From: Candidatus Adlerbacteria bacterium
GTDB taxonomy: Bacteria; Patescibacteriota; Minisyncoccia; Phycocordibacterales; SBAW01
Assembly: GCA_029288895.1 (NCBI GenBank)
Contig: JARIGK010000004.1
Location: 77,621 to 141,620 of the forward strand
Direction: 5' to 3'
DNA: 64,000 nucleotides
The notes beneath the pieces are model-generated. The model worked only from the letters and a program-made list of their open reading frames with translations. It made no database searches and was not told the DNA's origin. Of the stretch, positions 53,752-62,839 are shown in pieces (position 1 is the stretch's first letter; every line of letters starts with the position of its first letter). Made by a program: the position numbers and the translations under genes.

Positions 53752-54336
53752 ATGATGCATCCCAAGGAGGAAAAGACCTTCGTGCTTATTAAGCCAGACG
53801 GCGTCCGCAAGGGCCTTATTGGCGAGATCATTAACCGCTTCGAGCGACGCGACTTGAAGGTGGTTGCTATGGAAATGTTCCAGCCAACCAAGGCTGAGAT
53901 GGACAACCACTACCCTAAAGACGAGAAGTGGATAGCGCGCATTGGCGAGCGCACCTCGGCAACATACGCAAAATACGACCACGATATCAAGCGCGACTTT
54001 GGTACCACCGATACGATTAAGATCGGCAAAGAAGTGCGCAAGTGGCTCATCGACTTTATGGTTTCGGCACCGCTCGTCAAAATGGTGGTGCAGGGCCCGC
54101 ACGCCGTCGACATGGTGCGCAAAATTGTCGGCCCTACGATGCCGTACTTGGCAGAGATGGGCACTATCCGCGGAGACTATTCGGCAGACTCGGCAATTTC
54201 TGCAAACATCGAAAAGCGCGCAATCTACAACCTCATCCACGCGTCGGAAACTCCAGACGAAGCAAAACACGAAATCGCTCACTGGTTTGGCAAGAAAACG
54301 ATTTTCAAATACAAACGCTTCGGCATCGACGAGTAG
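53752..54336 (+). CDS. ndk: nucleoside diphosphate kinase (with insertions)
   Basis: 'ERTFVLIKPDGV' and 'RNLIHASE' (active-site His) NDK signatures. 194 aa because of inserts. Confidence 0.8.
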   Translation: MMHPKEEKTFVLIKPDGVRKGLIGEIINRFERRDLKVVAMEMFQPTKAEMDNHYPKDEKWIARIGERTSATYAKYDHDIKRDFGTTDTIKIGKEVRKWLIDFMVSAPLVKMVVQGPHAVDMVRKIVGPTMPYLAEMGTIRGDYSADSAISANIEKRAIYNLIHASETPDEAKHEIAHWFGKKTIFKYKRFGIDE

Positions 54337-54339
54337 AAG

Positions 54340-54376
54340 CGAACAGGCCGCCCCGTGGGGCGGTTTTTTCGTTTGT
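54340..54376 (+). terminator. rho-independent terminator (gaacaggccgcccc-gt-ggggcggtttttt)
   Basis: GC hairpin + T7 run after ndk. Confidence 0.8.
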
Positions 54377-54580
54377 GATATAGTAGGTGCAGACTGCAGG
54401 GGCAAATGTCCTTAAGTGATCTACAGGGAGTCCGCTGTCCGGCAGCACCGTGGTGTGGCTGGTAGGACACCCACTTTGCACAAAAGTAGACACTTGCTCC
54501 TGTAGTCTACGAGAACTCCCGACGTAGGTCGGGATTTCTCGTACTCGGGGCCGGAAAGGAGGATACGTTATACTACTTTT

Positions 54581-55948
54581 GTGCAATCCACAATACATTT
54601 TTTCGGCGGGGCAGGGACAGTGACAGGTTCCAACTTTTTGCTCGACACAGGTGGCGCTAAATTCCTCGTCGACTGTGGGCTCTTCCAGGGCGAACATTCG
54701 TTTGACGATGCCAACTGGATGCCATTTCCGTTCGACCCGTCGTCTATTTCATATTTAATTAACACGCACGCGCATATCGACCACATCGGCCGTATCCCAA
54801 AGCTCGTAAAGGATGGCTACCGTGGCCGCATTATTTCAACTGAGGCAACGCGCGCCTTGGCCGAGCCCATGCTCTTGGATGCGATGGAGCTCTCGCGCAA
54901 AACTGCAGAAAAAATTGGCAAAGAGCCGCTCTATGATGAGCGCGATATTGCGCAAGCGATGTCGCAGTGGGACACGGTGCCGTATCACAAAGAAGTTACG
55001 TTGCCCGACGGCGTCATGCTCGAATTTTTTAATAGCGGCCACATCTTGGGTTCGGCAATGGCGAAATTTTCGCGTGGTGGCAAATCAATTGTCTTTACGG
55101 GCGACTTGGGCGGCGGCAATTCTCCCTTGTTGCCTTTGTGCGAAAACCCGAAGGGTATCAACTACCTTGTGATGGAAAGCGTCTATGGCGACAAAACTCA
55201 GGCCGACAAAGAGCGCAGCACTCGTCTGAATGATTTAGCACGCGTCATCAAAGACACTGCCGCACGCAATGGCACGCTGCTTATCCCAGCATTTTCTACA
55301 GAACGCACGCAGGATATTTTGTTTGATATCCGCGAGTTGTTTGCAACGAATGCCGTGCAGCATATGCCCGTCTTTCTTGATTCGCCTTTGGCGCAAAAAA
55401 TTACCGAAAGCTATTTGCGCTACCCGCAGTACTTTAATGCACAGATGCAGCGACGCGTCGAAGAAGGGGAGAAGCTGTTTGAATTGCCAGGCCTCCGCTA
55501 CGTGCACGATGCGATGGAATCGCACGATGTGTCATCGAGCCAGGGCCCCAAAATAATTATTGCAGGTTCTGGCATGAGCAACGGCGGCCGCGTGGTGGCG
55601 CACGAGGCGGCTATTTTGCCCGACAAAAACTCCACCGTGCTTATCGTGGGCTACCAAGCCGCAGGCAGCCTTGGCCGCAAAATTGCCGAAGGTGCTAAGA
55701 AAGTCACCATCAAAGGCAAACCGGTACCCGTGCGCGCGCATGTGGAAACAATCTACAGCTACTCGGCGCATATGGACTCGGGGCAATTGCTTGAGTTTGT
55801 CGAAAAAATCGGCGAGCCGCTCCACGACATTTTTGTCACCATGGGCGAGCCTGCATCGTCGGCGTTTTTGGCGCAGCGTATTCGCGACTATGCAGGGCTG
55901 CATGCCACAGTGCCCGCAGAAGGGGGAAGTGCTGTTATCGAGCTATAA
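54581..55948 (+). CDS. beta-CASP family MBL-fold ribonuclease (RNase J/CPSF-like)
   Basis: 'HAHIDHIG' MBL motif 2, beta-CASP motifs and a C-terminal RMMBL 'SAHMD' His. GTG start 15 nt after AGGAGG. Confidence 0.78.
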   Translation: MQSTIHFFGGAGTVTGSNFLLDTGGAKFLVDCGLFQGEHSFDDANWMPFPFDPSSISYLINTHAHIDHIGRIPKLVKDGYRGRIISTEATRALAEPMLLDAMELSRKTAEKIGKEPLYDERDIAQAMSQWDTVPYHKEVTLPDGVMLEFFNSGHILGSAMAKFSRGGKSIVFTGDLGGGNSPLLPLCENPKGINYLVMESVYGDKTQADKERSTRLNDLARVIKDTAARNGTLLIPAFSTERTQDILFDIRELFATNAVQHMPVFLDSPLAQKITESYLRYPQYFNAQMQRRVEEGEKLFELPGLRYVHDAMESHDVSSSQGPKIIIAGSGMSNGGRVVAHEAAILPDKNSTVLIVGYQAAGSLGRKIAEGAKKVTIKGKPVPVRAHVETIYSYSAHMDSGQLLEFVEKIGEPLHDIFVTMGEPASSAFLAQRIRDYAGLHATVPAEGGSAVIEL

Positions 55949-55955
55949 TTGGCAG

Positions 55956-56555
55956 ATGGATTTAAAGAACAACACGCAGAAAATCAAACTTGGCGTCTCG
56001 GGCGCGGCAGAAACTGGCCACTGCGGTCCTGATGCCTACGATATGGGTCTCGAGCTTGGCCGCCAAATTGCAAGACAGGGCGCTATTTTGCTGACAGGTG
56101 CAACAACTGGCTTCCCAATGTGGTCGGCCATGGGCGCTACAGAAGCGGGCGGTATTTCTGTGGGCCTCTCGCCGGCCGCCACGCCGCGCGAACATATCGA
56201 AACATACAACTTGCCACTGGAATATATGGACATGGTGCTTTACACCGGCTTTGGGTACCCTGGCCGCGACATTATCTTTACGCATTCGACAGACGCCATG
56301 CTCTTTGGCTGCGGCCGCATCGGTACCATCCACGAATTTACTGTGGCCTTTGAGGATGGCAAACCCATTGGCGTGCTCCAGGGCAGCTGGGAGACAGACG
56401 AGGTGATTAAAGACATCTTGGAAGGCGGCCACCGCCCCAACGATCTCATCGTTTTTGAAAGTGACCCACAAGTACTTGTAGAAAAGGTTATTGAAAAGGT
56501 CAAAAAGCAAAAAGCCGCCCAATTGGCGGCCCTTACTGCAACTCCTGTTGCCTAG
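55956..56555 (+). CDS. TIGR00725/SLOG-like Rossmann-fold protein
   Basis: 'KIKLGVSGAAETGHCGPDAYDMGLELGRQIARQGAILLTGATTG' resembles the LOG/DprA-like nucleotide-binding fold. Start at ATG 55956 just after the preceding stop. Confidence 0.45.
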   Translation: MDLKNNTQKIKLGVSGAAETGHCGPDAYDMGLELGRQIARQGAILLTGATTGFPMWSAMGATEAGGISVGLSPAATPREHIETYNLPLEYMDMVLYTGFGYPGRDIIFTHSTDAMLFGCGRIGTIHEFTVAFEDGKPIGVLQGSWETDEVIKDILEGGHRPNDLIVFESDPQVLVEKVIEKVKKQKAAQLAALTATPVA

Positions 56556-56556
56556 A

Positions 56557-56907
56557 TTACTTAACTTTTGAGACGACCTTTGCGAAGGTGGCAGGGGACT
56601 GCTCTGCGAGTGCCGAGAGCATTTTGCGGTTAAGCGCAATATTGCTCTTCTTGAGCGCACCAATAAACTTGCTGTACGAAAGAGTTTCGCCCATGGTGTC
56701 GAGGCCTGCGTTGATGCGGACGTTCCAGAGGCGGCGGAAGTCGTTCTTCTTGTCGCGGCGGTGCGCAAATGCGTACTTGCCAGCGTGGAAGATAGCTTCG
56801 CGTGCAGCCTTTGTCTTCTTGCTGCGGGCAAAGCGGTAGCCCTTGGTCATCGCCAAGATATTCTTGCGGCGCTTTGTTGTATTTGTACCTCCTTTTACGC
56901 GTGCCAT
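56557..56907 (-). CDS. rplT: 50S ribosomal protein L20
   Basis: 'MARVKGGTNTTKRRKNILAMTKGYRFARS' bL20. Confidence 0.95.
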   Translation of the reverse strand: MARVKGGTNTTKRRKNILAMTKGYRFARSKKTKAAREAIFHAGKYAFAHRRDKKNDFRRLWNVRINAGLDTMGETLSYSKFIGALKKSNIALNRKMLSALAEQSPATFAKVVSKVK

Positions 56908-56926
56908 GGTAGTTCGTTATTAAAAA

Positions 56927-57127
56927 TTAGTTCTTAGACGGTGATGCGGTACCGATGTAGCGCTGCGAGACCTTCGGAGAGAGAGTCAACTGCTGCGAAC
57001 GGCGGCCTGCCATCTGGGTCGAGCGGCCTTCCTTTGCGTTGAAATGGTTCTGGCCCGGCTTGCGCGCAACAATCTTCCCCGTACGGGTGATCTTAATGCG
57101 CTTCGTAAATGACTTGTTGGTCTTCAT
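56927..57127 (-). CDS. rpmI: 50S ribosomal protein L35
   Basis: 'MKTNKSFTKRIKITRTGKIVARKPGQNH' bL35. Confidence 0.9.
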   Translation of the reverse strand: MKTNKSFTKRIKITRTGKIVARKPGQNHFNAKEGRSTQMAGRRSQQLTLSPKVSQRYIGTASPSKN

Positions 57128-57136
57128 ATAGATTTT

Positions 57137-57652
57137 CTAGGATTTCTTGCCGGACTTTTCGATAACACAGGTCAGGCCTTTGGGGCTTTTCGTAACGGGG
57201 TCGCTGATCTTAAACTCGGCCGGGATGATGTTCAAAAATCGCTCCAGGCGCTCCTTCAAGAACGCAAACTCCATGTACTTGTACCGCCCCCACAAAAACA
57301 AGTCGACCTTAACGCGATGGCCTTCGCCCAGCCATTCTGCGGCCCTTTTGGCCTTGAGCATCATGTCATTTTCGCCGGTGCCTATCTTTACCTGGACCGA
57401 TTTAGTCTCGGTGGTATGGGATTTGGCCTTTATTTCACGGCGCCGTTTCTCTTGTTCGTATTGGAATTTACCATATTCCATTATTTTTGCAACGGGCGGG
57501 TTGGCATTGGGGGAGATCTCGATAAGGTCCAACCCGGCCTCTTGGGCCTGGGCAATAGCCTCAGACAAGGGGATAACGCCGATGTTCTCTCCTTCGGGGC
57601 CTATGACGCGTACCTCCTGGGCGCGTATTTGGTGGTTGATGCGGGTATCCAA
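57137..57652 (-). CDS. infC: translation initiation factor IF-3
   Basis: 'INHQIRAQEVRVIGPEGENIGV' and a C-terminal domain. Probable non-AUG start, as is typical for infC. Confidence 0.92.
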   Translation of the reverse strand: MDTRINHQIRAQEVRVIGPEGENIGVIPLSEAIAQAQEAGLDLIEISPNANPPVAKIMEYGKFQYEQEKRRREIKAKSHTTETKSVQVKIGTGENDMMLKAKRAAEWLGEGHRVKVDLFLWGRYKYMEFAFLKERLERFLNIIPAEFKISDPVTKSPKGLTCVIEKSGKKS

Positions 57653-57741
57653 GGTAGTTTCTTAGTGAATTGCAGTATAGCACACAGCCCTTTTCCTGTC
57701 TGTTTCATAGATTTTTTAGACGATAGGGTACAATAGCGTAG

Positions 57742-57769
57742 TGAAAGACTACTCGTGCGCACCCGTCTA
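57742..57769 (+). promoter_or_regulatory. ECF-type promoter TGAAAG-N16-CGTCTA driving leaderless sigma gene
   Basis: -35 TGAAAG 57742-47 and -10 CGTCTA 57764-69. ATG 57775 lies ~6 nt downstream. Confidence 0.5.
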
Positions 57770-57774
57770 TATAT

Positions 57775-58311
57775 ATGGAGGACAGTAAAGACGCATTCTC
57801 CCGCATATTTGAGGCCCATTCTGATGAGCTGTTCAGGCATGCGTTCCTTCGTCTGTCCGACCGCGAACGCGCGCTCGAGCTGACTCAGGAGACCTTCCTT
57901 AAGGCATGGAACTATGTCGTCGAGGGAGGGGATGTGCGGCAATACCGTTCCTTCTTGTACCGTATCTTAAACAACCTCATCATCGATGAGTACAGGAAGC
58001 ACAAGAGCCAGTCACTGGATGCCATGCTCGAAAATGAGGAAACCAGCACCCAGGTGGAGGCTGAACTGTTGCGCGACGACACTGATGAGTTGGAAGCGGC
58101 AGTTGTCCGCTTCGACAGTGCCCGCGCTGTGGCGGCGCTTGCCAATGTGGGCGAGGCGTACCGGAGCGTGCTTGTGATGCGCTACATCGATGGCCTCTCG
58201 CCAAAGGAGATTGCAGAAAGCCTTGGCGAAAGCGAAAATACAGTATCGGTCCGCATCCACCGCGGTATTAAAAAACTGCAAACCCTGCTCGAAGACCCCA
58301 AACTCCAATGA
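57775..58311 (+). CDS. ECF-family RNA polymerase sigma factor (sigma-70 regions 2 and 4)
   Basis: 'FLRLSDRERALELTQETFLKAWNY' is region 2 and 'VLVMRYIDGLSPKEIAESLGESENTVSVRIHRGIKKL' is region 4. Confidence 0.9.
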   Translation: MEDSKDAFSRIFEAHSDELFRHAFLRLSDRERALELTQETFLKAWNYVVEGGDVRQYRSFLYRILNNLIIDEYRKHKSQSLDAMLENEETSTQVEAELLRDDTDELEAAVVRFDSARAVAALANVGEAYRSVLVMRYIDGLSPKEIAESLGESENTVSVRIHRGIKKLQTLLEDPKLQ

Positions 58312-59234
58312 GTAACCTACAACGACAACTTCAAAATGAAACGCGCGATATGCGCATGACCGATGCAGAAAAGGCGGCGATGCGCGCGCGTCTTGTTGCT
58401 GCCATGACACCTGCGCGTTCCGTACCGCACAAGAGTCCATACCAGTGGATGTTTTATACACGCACAGTCGCAACATTTGCGCTCGTGCTTGTAATTATTG
58501 TCTCGACGGGTACCGCGTACGCGGCAGAAGGTGCGTTGCCGGGTGCGACGCTCTACCCGATCAAAACAAATGTCATAGAGCCATTGACGGTGGCGCTTGC
58601 CACAACGCCTGCAGCAAAAGCAGAAGCAAACGCAACTATCGCAGCAACGCGTGTTGAAGAAGCGCAGACGCTTGCCGCACAAGGCAACCTTACGCCAGAC
58701 GTTGCAAAAGTAATTTCTGAAAACTACACCGTCCACGCAACCGCAGCGCTTGCCCTTGCTGCAGACGCTGATGGCGAAGGTTCTACCGAGCCTGCGCAAG
58801 ATTCCTCCAGCGGTTCTGGGGAACCGGGAGGGAATCCTGCTTCGGCATCCGCAACAGCAGGGGAGCCGCGACAAGGTCTTGCTACGGCATCAGTGAAGTC
58901 TGATGATGGGACCGATGCGGTAACGTCAGAAGTGACGGGCGGTGTGGGTGGCGAAGTCGCTGTCGCACCGCAGGCTAAAGTGATGTCACTATCGCTTGGG
59001 TTGGCTACGGGCGCATCAAACACGGCAACTGCAACCGCATCGACGACTGCACCGAAAGCCCCAACAAGTTTTGCACGCAAAGCATCAACCACCGTGCTTA
59101 TGGCAACAGCTACTACGACTGCGACATCAACCAACAGCCTTTCGCACCGCATCCGTGCAACGCTCTCGACCCAGGCAAAAATCTTGGACTCCCTCAATGT
59201 CGAGGTGGGGATTTCGATGAAGCATTTAAAATAA
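58308..59234 (+). CDS. putative membrane anti-sigma factor / DUF5667-like protein
   Basis: Translationally coupled to the sigma gene (ATGA overlap). Single TM 'VATFALVLVIIVSTGTAYA', then a helical domain and a Thr/Ala-rich tail. Confidence 0.55.
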   Translation: MSNLQRQLQNETRDMRMTDAEKAAMRARLVAAMTPARSVPHKSPYQWMFYTRTVATFALVLVIIVSTGTAYAAEGALPGATLYPIKTNVIEPLTVALATTPAAKAEANATIAATRVEEAQTLAAQGNLTPDVAKVISENYTVHATAALALAADADGEGSTEPAQDSSSGSGEPGGNPASASATAGEPRQGLATASVKSDDGTDAVTSEVTGGVGGEVAVAPQAKVMSLSLGLATGASNTATATASTTAPKAPTSFARKASTTVLMATATTTATSTNSLSHRIRATLSTQAKILDSLNVEVGISMKHLK

Positions 59235-59254
59235 GGCCTATATACTGGTAGGTA

Positions 59255-60637
59255 ATGGCCGATCAAGCCGCATTGCCGTCTATACCGACGCTGCTTTCGC
59301 ACACCCGTGCACTCTTTCGCGGCCGCGTTGTTTCTACTCTTATATATATTCTCCTGGCTGCTATTGTCGCTACTGCACTCGGCATCAGCGGCCTTTTTGT
59401 ATATAGGGCATCATGGGGCGCAGAAATTTTCATCGCACTCTTTGTTATCTACGTGTGTGTGCTGCTGCGCTTCTTTGCAGCACTTCTGACAGATTTCGCA
59501 TCACCTATGCCACTTGGCGCCTGGGGTGCCCTCCGCGCGTCGAAGGGGAAGAGAGCGCTCCGCGTTGTCGGTGCCACGGCTGCATACTTCTGTGTTGTCT
59601 TGGGCGGGCTCGTACTCTTCCTTGTGCCCGGCATCGTAGCAGCAGTTGTCTTTATAGCCGCACCATTTTTCATCGCCTCAGGTGAAGAGCTGAGCATTAC
59701 TGCGGCGTTTTGGAAAAGCTATAGCTCTGTGCGTCTCGCATGGCGCGGCGTCTTTATACGGCTCGCATTTGGCGTCTTAGCGCTTGTGCTGTTTGCGCAA
59801 GCGTCGCACACGGCAGGCATCCTCGTGCCACACTATGAGCACAACGCCATTGGCGTATGGTTCTTACTTTCGCTACAACCATTCCTCAACTTGTGTATCG
59901 CACTGTTGTCCGTAGTCTATGTTGCGACACTCTCAATGCACGTCAAAATGGCAGCTGCGGCGCAGCCTCTTGCTGTACAGCAGGGAGGGAAGGGATTGCT
60001 CTACACCATGGGTGCCATCGGGGCTATAAGTTTCCTTGTGTTGCCGGTGCTGTTGGCCGCGTACAACATTGGGCAAAACAGTTTGCTGTTGCGAGAGTAT
60101 GCAGCACTTGGCTTGCAGTTGCCCGACAGAGATACCCGCGTGTTTGCATCGCACCGCTTTGGCGTGATGTTTTCGTACCCAGCAAGCTGGAGTGATGGCA
60201 CGCTTGCAGAAACGGCATCCACAGACGGCCACACCGTAATTTACCTTGTCCATAACGACTTGGGCGGCTACACCAAAAAATTTATCCTGCGAAAGTTTTT
60301 GACGAAGCAAAGCGTTGCGCAGTTTGCAGCAGGGTATGAAGCAGAAGTCACAAAGAAGGGTGATGTTATTACAAACAAAAGCACTGCGGGCGGTGTCTAC
60401 TCAGCTGTTGTTATAGAGACGGTGCCGGCGCAGGGCTCGATGCCTGCGGTGCGCGAAGCGCATGACATTATCGTCTTCCCGGGCTCGATGTTCCGTTCAA
60501 ATGGTATGTACACGGTCGACTTCTACGACAAAGCGGATGTGTACCTCAGAGATTTTGCCTCGGTATTCGACACTATTTCAAGCACTATGACGGGCATTGT
60601 GCCGGCAGATGTGCCTGATACACACGAAGGACGATAA
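59255..60637 (+). CDS. polytopic membrane protein with C-terminal extracytoplasmic domain
   Basis: At least six hydrophobic helices in the first 260 aa, followed by a ~190-aa soluble domain. Confidence 0.55.
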   Translation: MADQAALPSIPTLLSHTRALFRGRVVSTLIYILLAAIVATALGISGLFVYRASWGAEIFIALFVIYVCVLLRFFAALLTDFASPMPLGAWGALRASKGKRALRVVGATAAYFCVVLGGLVLFLVPGIVAAVVFIAAPFFIASGEELSITAAFWKSYSSVRLAWRGVFIRLAFGVLALVLFAQASHTAGILVPHYEHNAIGVWFLLSLQPFLNLCIALLSVVYVATLSMHVKMAAAAQPLAVQQGGKGLLYTMGAIGAISFLVLPVLLAAYNIGQNSLLLREYAALGLQLPDRDTRVFASHRFGVMFSYPASWSDGTLAETASTDGHTVIYLVHNDLGGYTKKFILRKFLTKQSVAQFAAGYEAEVTKKGDVITNKSTAGGVYSAVVIETVPAQGSMPAVREAHDIIVFPGSMFRSNGMYTVDFYDKADVYLRDFASVFDTISSTMTGIVPADVPDTHEGR

Positions 60638-60638
60638 T

Positions 60639-62774
60639 ATGAAAAAAATTCCACTACACACTCTTTCAATACTCGTTGCAGCAGCTCTTCTTGTTGTAGT
60701 TGTCCCGTATGTGCACGCGCAAGATGAGGATGGGGGAAGTAACGATAGCGCAAACGTTGATTACAACAACTACGGCGACTCGGGAGGCAATCCCGGTGCC
60801 GTTGATAGTGGCATTCCAACCGCGGCTAGTGAAGTCGATTACAACAATTATGGCGACAGCGGTGGCACTACTATATTCCAAAGTCAACCAATAAATACGA
60901 ATTTTACTGAGCCTGACAATACGCAAGTTGATTTTCCTCCTCAAGAAGAAATTTCATATCCTCCTCAGGAACCAAGTGTAGACGCGTCTTCCAATGCGTG
61001 GTTCTCTAACCCAGACTTTGCAAGTGATGGAAGTGCTAGCTACTACCCGCAGCAGACCGCCGACTATCCGCAAGAAGAGATTACCTATCCACCTGAACCT
61101 ACGCCTATATATGTGCCACCGGACGCAACCCCGGTTGTAAATGGCCAATACCAGGAAGATCAAAACAAAGCGGCAGGTGGTTCAAATGGTGCAAACGGCT
61201 ATTATCAAGAAGACCAGAGTGAAGCGAGCGGTGGTAGAAACGGCGCAAATGGTTACTACCAAGAAGACCAAAATAGCGCTGCGGGTGGTCCGTACGCTAA
61301 TAACACCGGTGGCTCCGATCAACGTTACTATCAGGAAGATCAAAACAGTGCCGCAGGCGCACCTCTACCAGGTACACAATACAAAGTCGACCCTTCAACA
61401 TACGTTGGCTGTGCCCAGGGTGATTGTGGGCCGGGCGATGGTGTTGGCCACAGTGAACCAATGCCGCCTTCAAAGGATGGCACGACGAATAAAGATGGTG
61501 ATAAGTTTGTTCCAGCTCCTTCATCTGATAATAAAACCGATAATGCGGGAGATATTCGCACTGCAGGCGACCGCGATTTAAATGGGTATGGACCGTCGTC
61601 GCCTTCAGAACAGCAGGCTCCATCAACTGTTGCTAAAGCTGCAACAACGATTGCCGCAGGTCTTGATACGCTCTTTGGCCGCGACGTGGTAGCAAATGAT
61701 TCGAAACCTGCTTCATCAAACGCTGGCAATGGTGGAGGAAATATTACGTACGTGAACTTGACGCAAGATGGCACAGGCCTTCTTTCGCTGCCAGCGGGCC
61801 AGACACCACCTCCGGGATACACGCGCGTGTACACAACATCTGATGGTGGTATAACGACAGACTCGAAGTTAGCCGCATCGACAGACCCTCGTACTGCAGG
61901 TGACCGCGACTTAAATGGATATAACGGAAATGGGAATGCAGGAGCGGCACCGAAATACAATTCGATTGGTGAATTGATCGACAACCTCCCGAACAAAGGC
62001 GTAACAAACACGAGCAATAATTCGTCGGCAGGGACTGCTGTGGAGCCATCGAAGGCACTTGTTTCGCAAGCGTATCTCTTTGGTGGCACGGGTGGTGCGG
62101 CCACTGTCGTCGATGCATACAAGCCGATACTTGAAGCTCAGTATAAAGAGATTGCCGTTGCATCGCCCAGCGCAAAACTTCCGCCGTTTAGCAGCCTTTC
62201 AGGATGGCAACTTGCGGGCTTGAAAGATACTATCGAAAACCATAATGGTGATACTGCAGCGGTGGCCGCTGTACTTAACGGCGCAACCAACACAACAGTG
62301 TCGCCAAGTGCAGCGTCTTCGGGCGGGCAGATACCCAACACGGTTCCAGGTGCACCAGCGTATAGCGATATTAAATATGTTCCACCATCGACTCCTACAT
62401 ATCAAGGGCCTACGGGTACAGGCGAAGTGACAGACCGGGGCCCTTCAGCTCCTAAACCTGCATCCCCATCGTCGAAACCTGCTGGCCCAGTATGGACAGG
62501 AGAAGGTGATACAAAGCAACCAACTTCGCCTACTGGTCCTGTGGGTTCAGGAGGAATAGGTGAACAGGATGTTGGTAAAACAGGCAATCTTGGAACGCCT
62601 CCTGTGTCTGGTAAACCTGTGGGTTCAGGAGGAATAGGTGAACAAGATGTCGGCCGCGGCACAAACACACCTCCTGCCACTACTCCTGCTACGTTCACAC
62701 CTCCACCGTCAAGTTTTAGTCAAAGGTTAATAAAGGTGGGTGCATGCTTTATCAGCTTCATGTGCGATTACTAA
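60639..62774 (+). CDS. large secreted low-complexity repeat protein (711 aa)
   Basis: Signal peptide 'MKKIPLHTLSILVAAALLVVVVPYVHA'. Tandem 17-aa 'NGANGYYQEDQNxAAGG' repeats (51-nt DNA repeats, 61148-61365). Two 'RTAGDRDLNGY' units and two 'PVGSGGIGEQDVG' units (62538-62656). Confidence 0.65.
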   Translation: MKKIPLHTLSILVAAALLVVVVPYVHAQDEDGGSNDSANVDYNNYGDSGGNPGAVDSGIPTAASEVDYNNYGDSGGTTIFQSQPINTNFTEPDNTQVDFPPQEEISYPPQEPSVDASSNAWFSNPDFASDGSASYYPQQTADYPQEEITYPPEPTPIYVPPDATPVVNGQYQEDQNKAAGGSNGANGYYQEDQSEASGGRNGANGYYQEDQNSAAGGPYANNTGGSDQRYYQEDQNSAAGAPLPGTQYKVDPSTYVGCAQGDCGPGDGVGHSEPMPPSKDGTTNKDGDKFVPAPSSDNKTDNAGDIRTAGDRDLNGYGPSSPSEQQAPSTVAKAATTIAAGLDTLFGRDVVANDSKPASSNAGNGGGNITYVNLTQDGTGLLSLPAGQTPPPGYTRVYTTSDGGITTDSKLAASTDPRTAGDRDLNGYNGNGNAGAAPKYNSIGELIDNLPNKGVTNTSNNSSAGTAVEPSKALVSQAYLFGGTGGAATVVDAYKPILEAQYKEIAVASPSAKLPPFSSLSGWQLAGLKDTIENHNGDTAAVAAVLNGATNTTVSPSAASSGGQIPNTVPGAPAYSDIKYVPPSTPTYQGPTGTGEVTDRGPSAPKPASPSSKPAGPVWTGEGDTKQPTSPTGPVGSGGIGEQDVGKTGNLGTPPVSGKPVGSGGIGEQDVGRGTNTPPATTPATFTPPPSSFSQRLIKVGACFISFMCDY

Positions 62775-62787
62775 GCTGATATGAAAT

Positions 62788-62824
62788 ACAAAAACTCCCC
62801 CGCTTGGGGGAGTTTTTAGTAGGA
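62788..62824. terminator. bidirectional terminator (aaaaactccccc-gctt-gggggagttttt)
   Basis: Perfect hairpin flanked by A5 and T5, between convergent genes. Confidence 0.85.
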
Positions 62825-62839
62825 GGGAAGAGAGTGTAA

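Noticed and set aside
53701-54405. Upstream 235 codons of the 396-aa minus ORF 53215..54405
   Set aside because: Only the distal 161 codons (53215..53700) look like a real DUF457 membrane hydrolase. The upstream portion is antisense to ndk and Arg/His-rich.
54400-54560. SRP (4.5S) RNA in the ndk / RNase J-like intergenic region
   Set aside because: There is local similarity (GUCCGG…CAGCA), but the GNRA-tetraloop plus symmetric-loop domain IV consensus is not reproduced. It is kept only as an unclassified structured leader or ncRNA candidate.
55962-56831. 289-aa minus ORF antisense to the TIGR00725-like gene and rplT
   Set aside because: Spans a strand switch. Ala/Arg-rich translation typical of GC-rich shadow frames.
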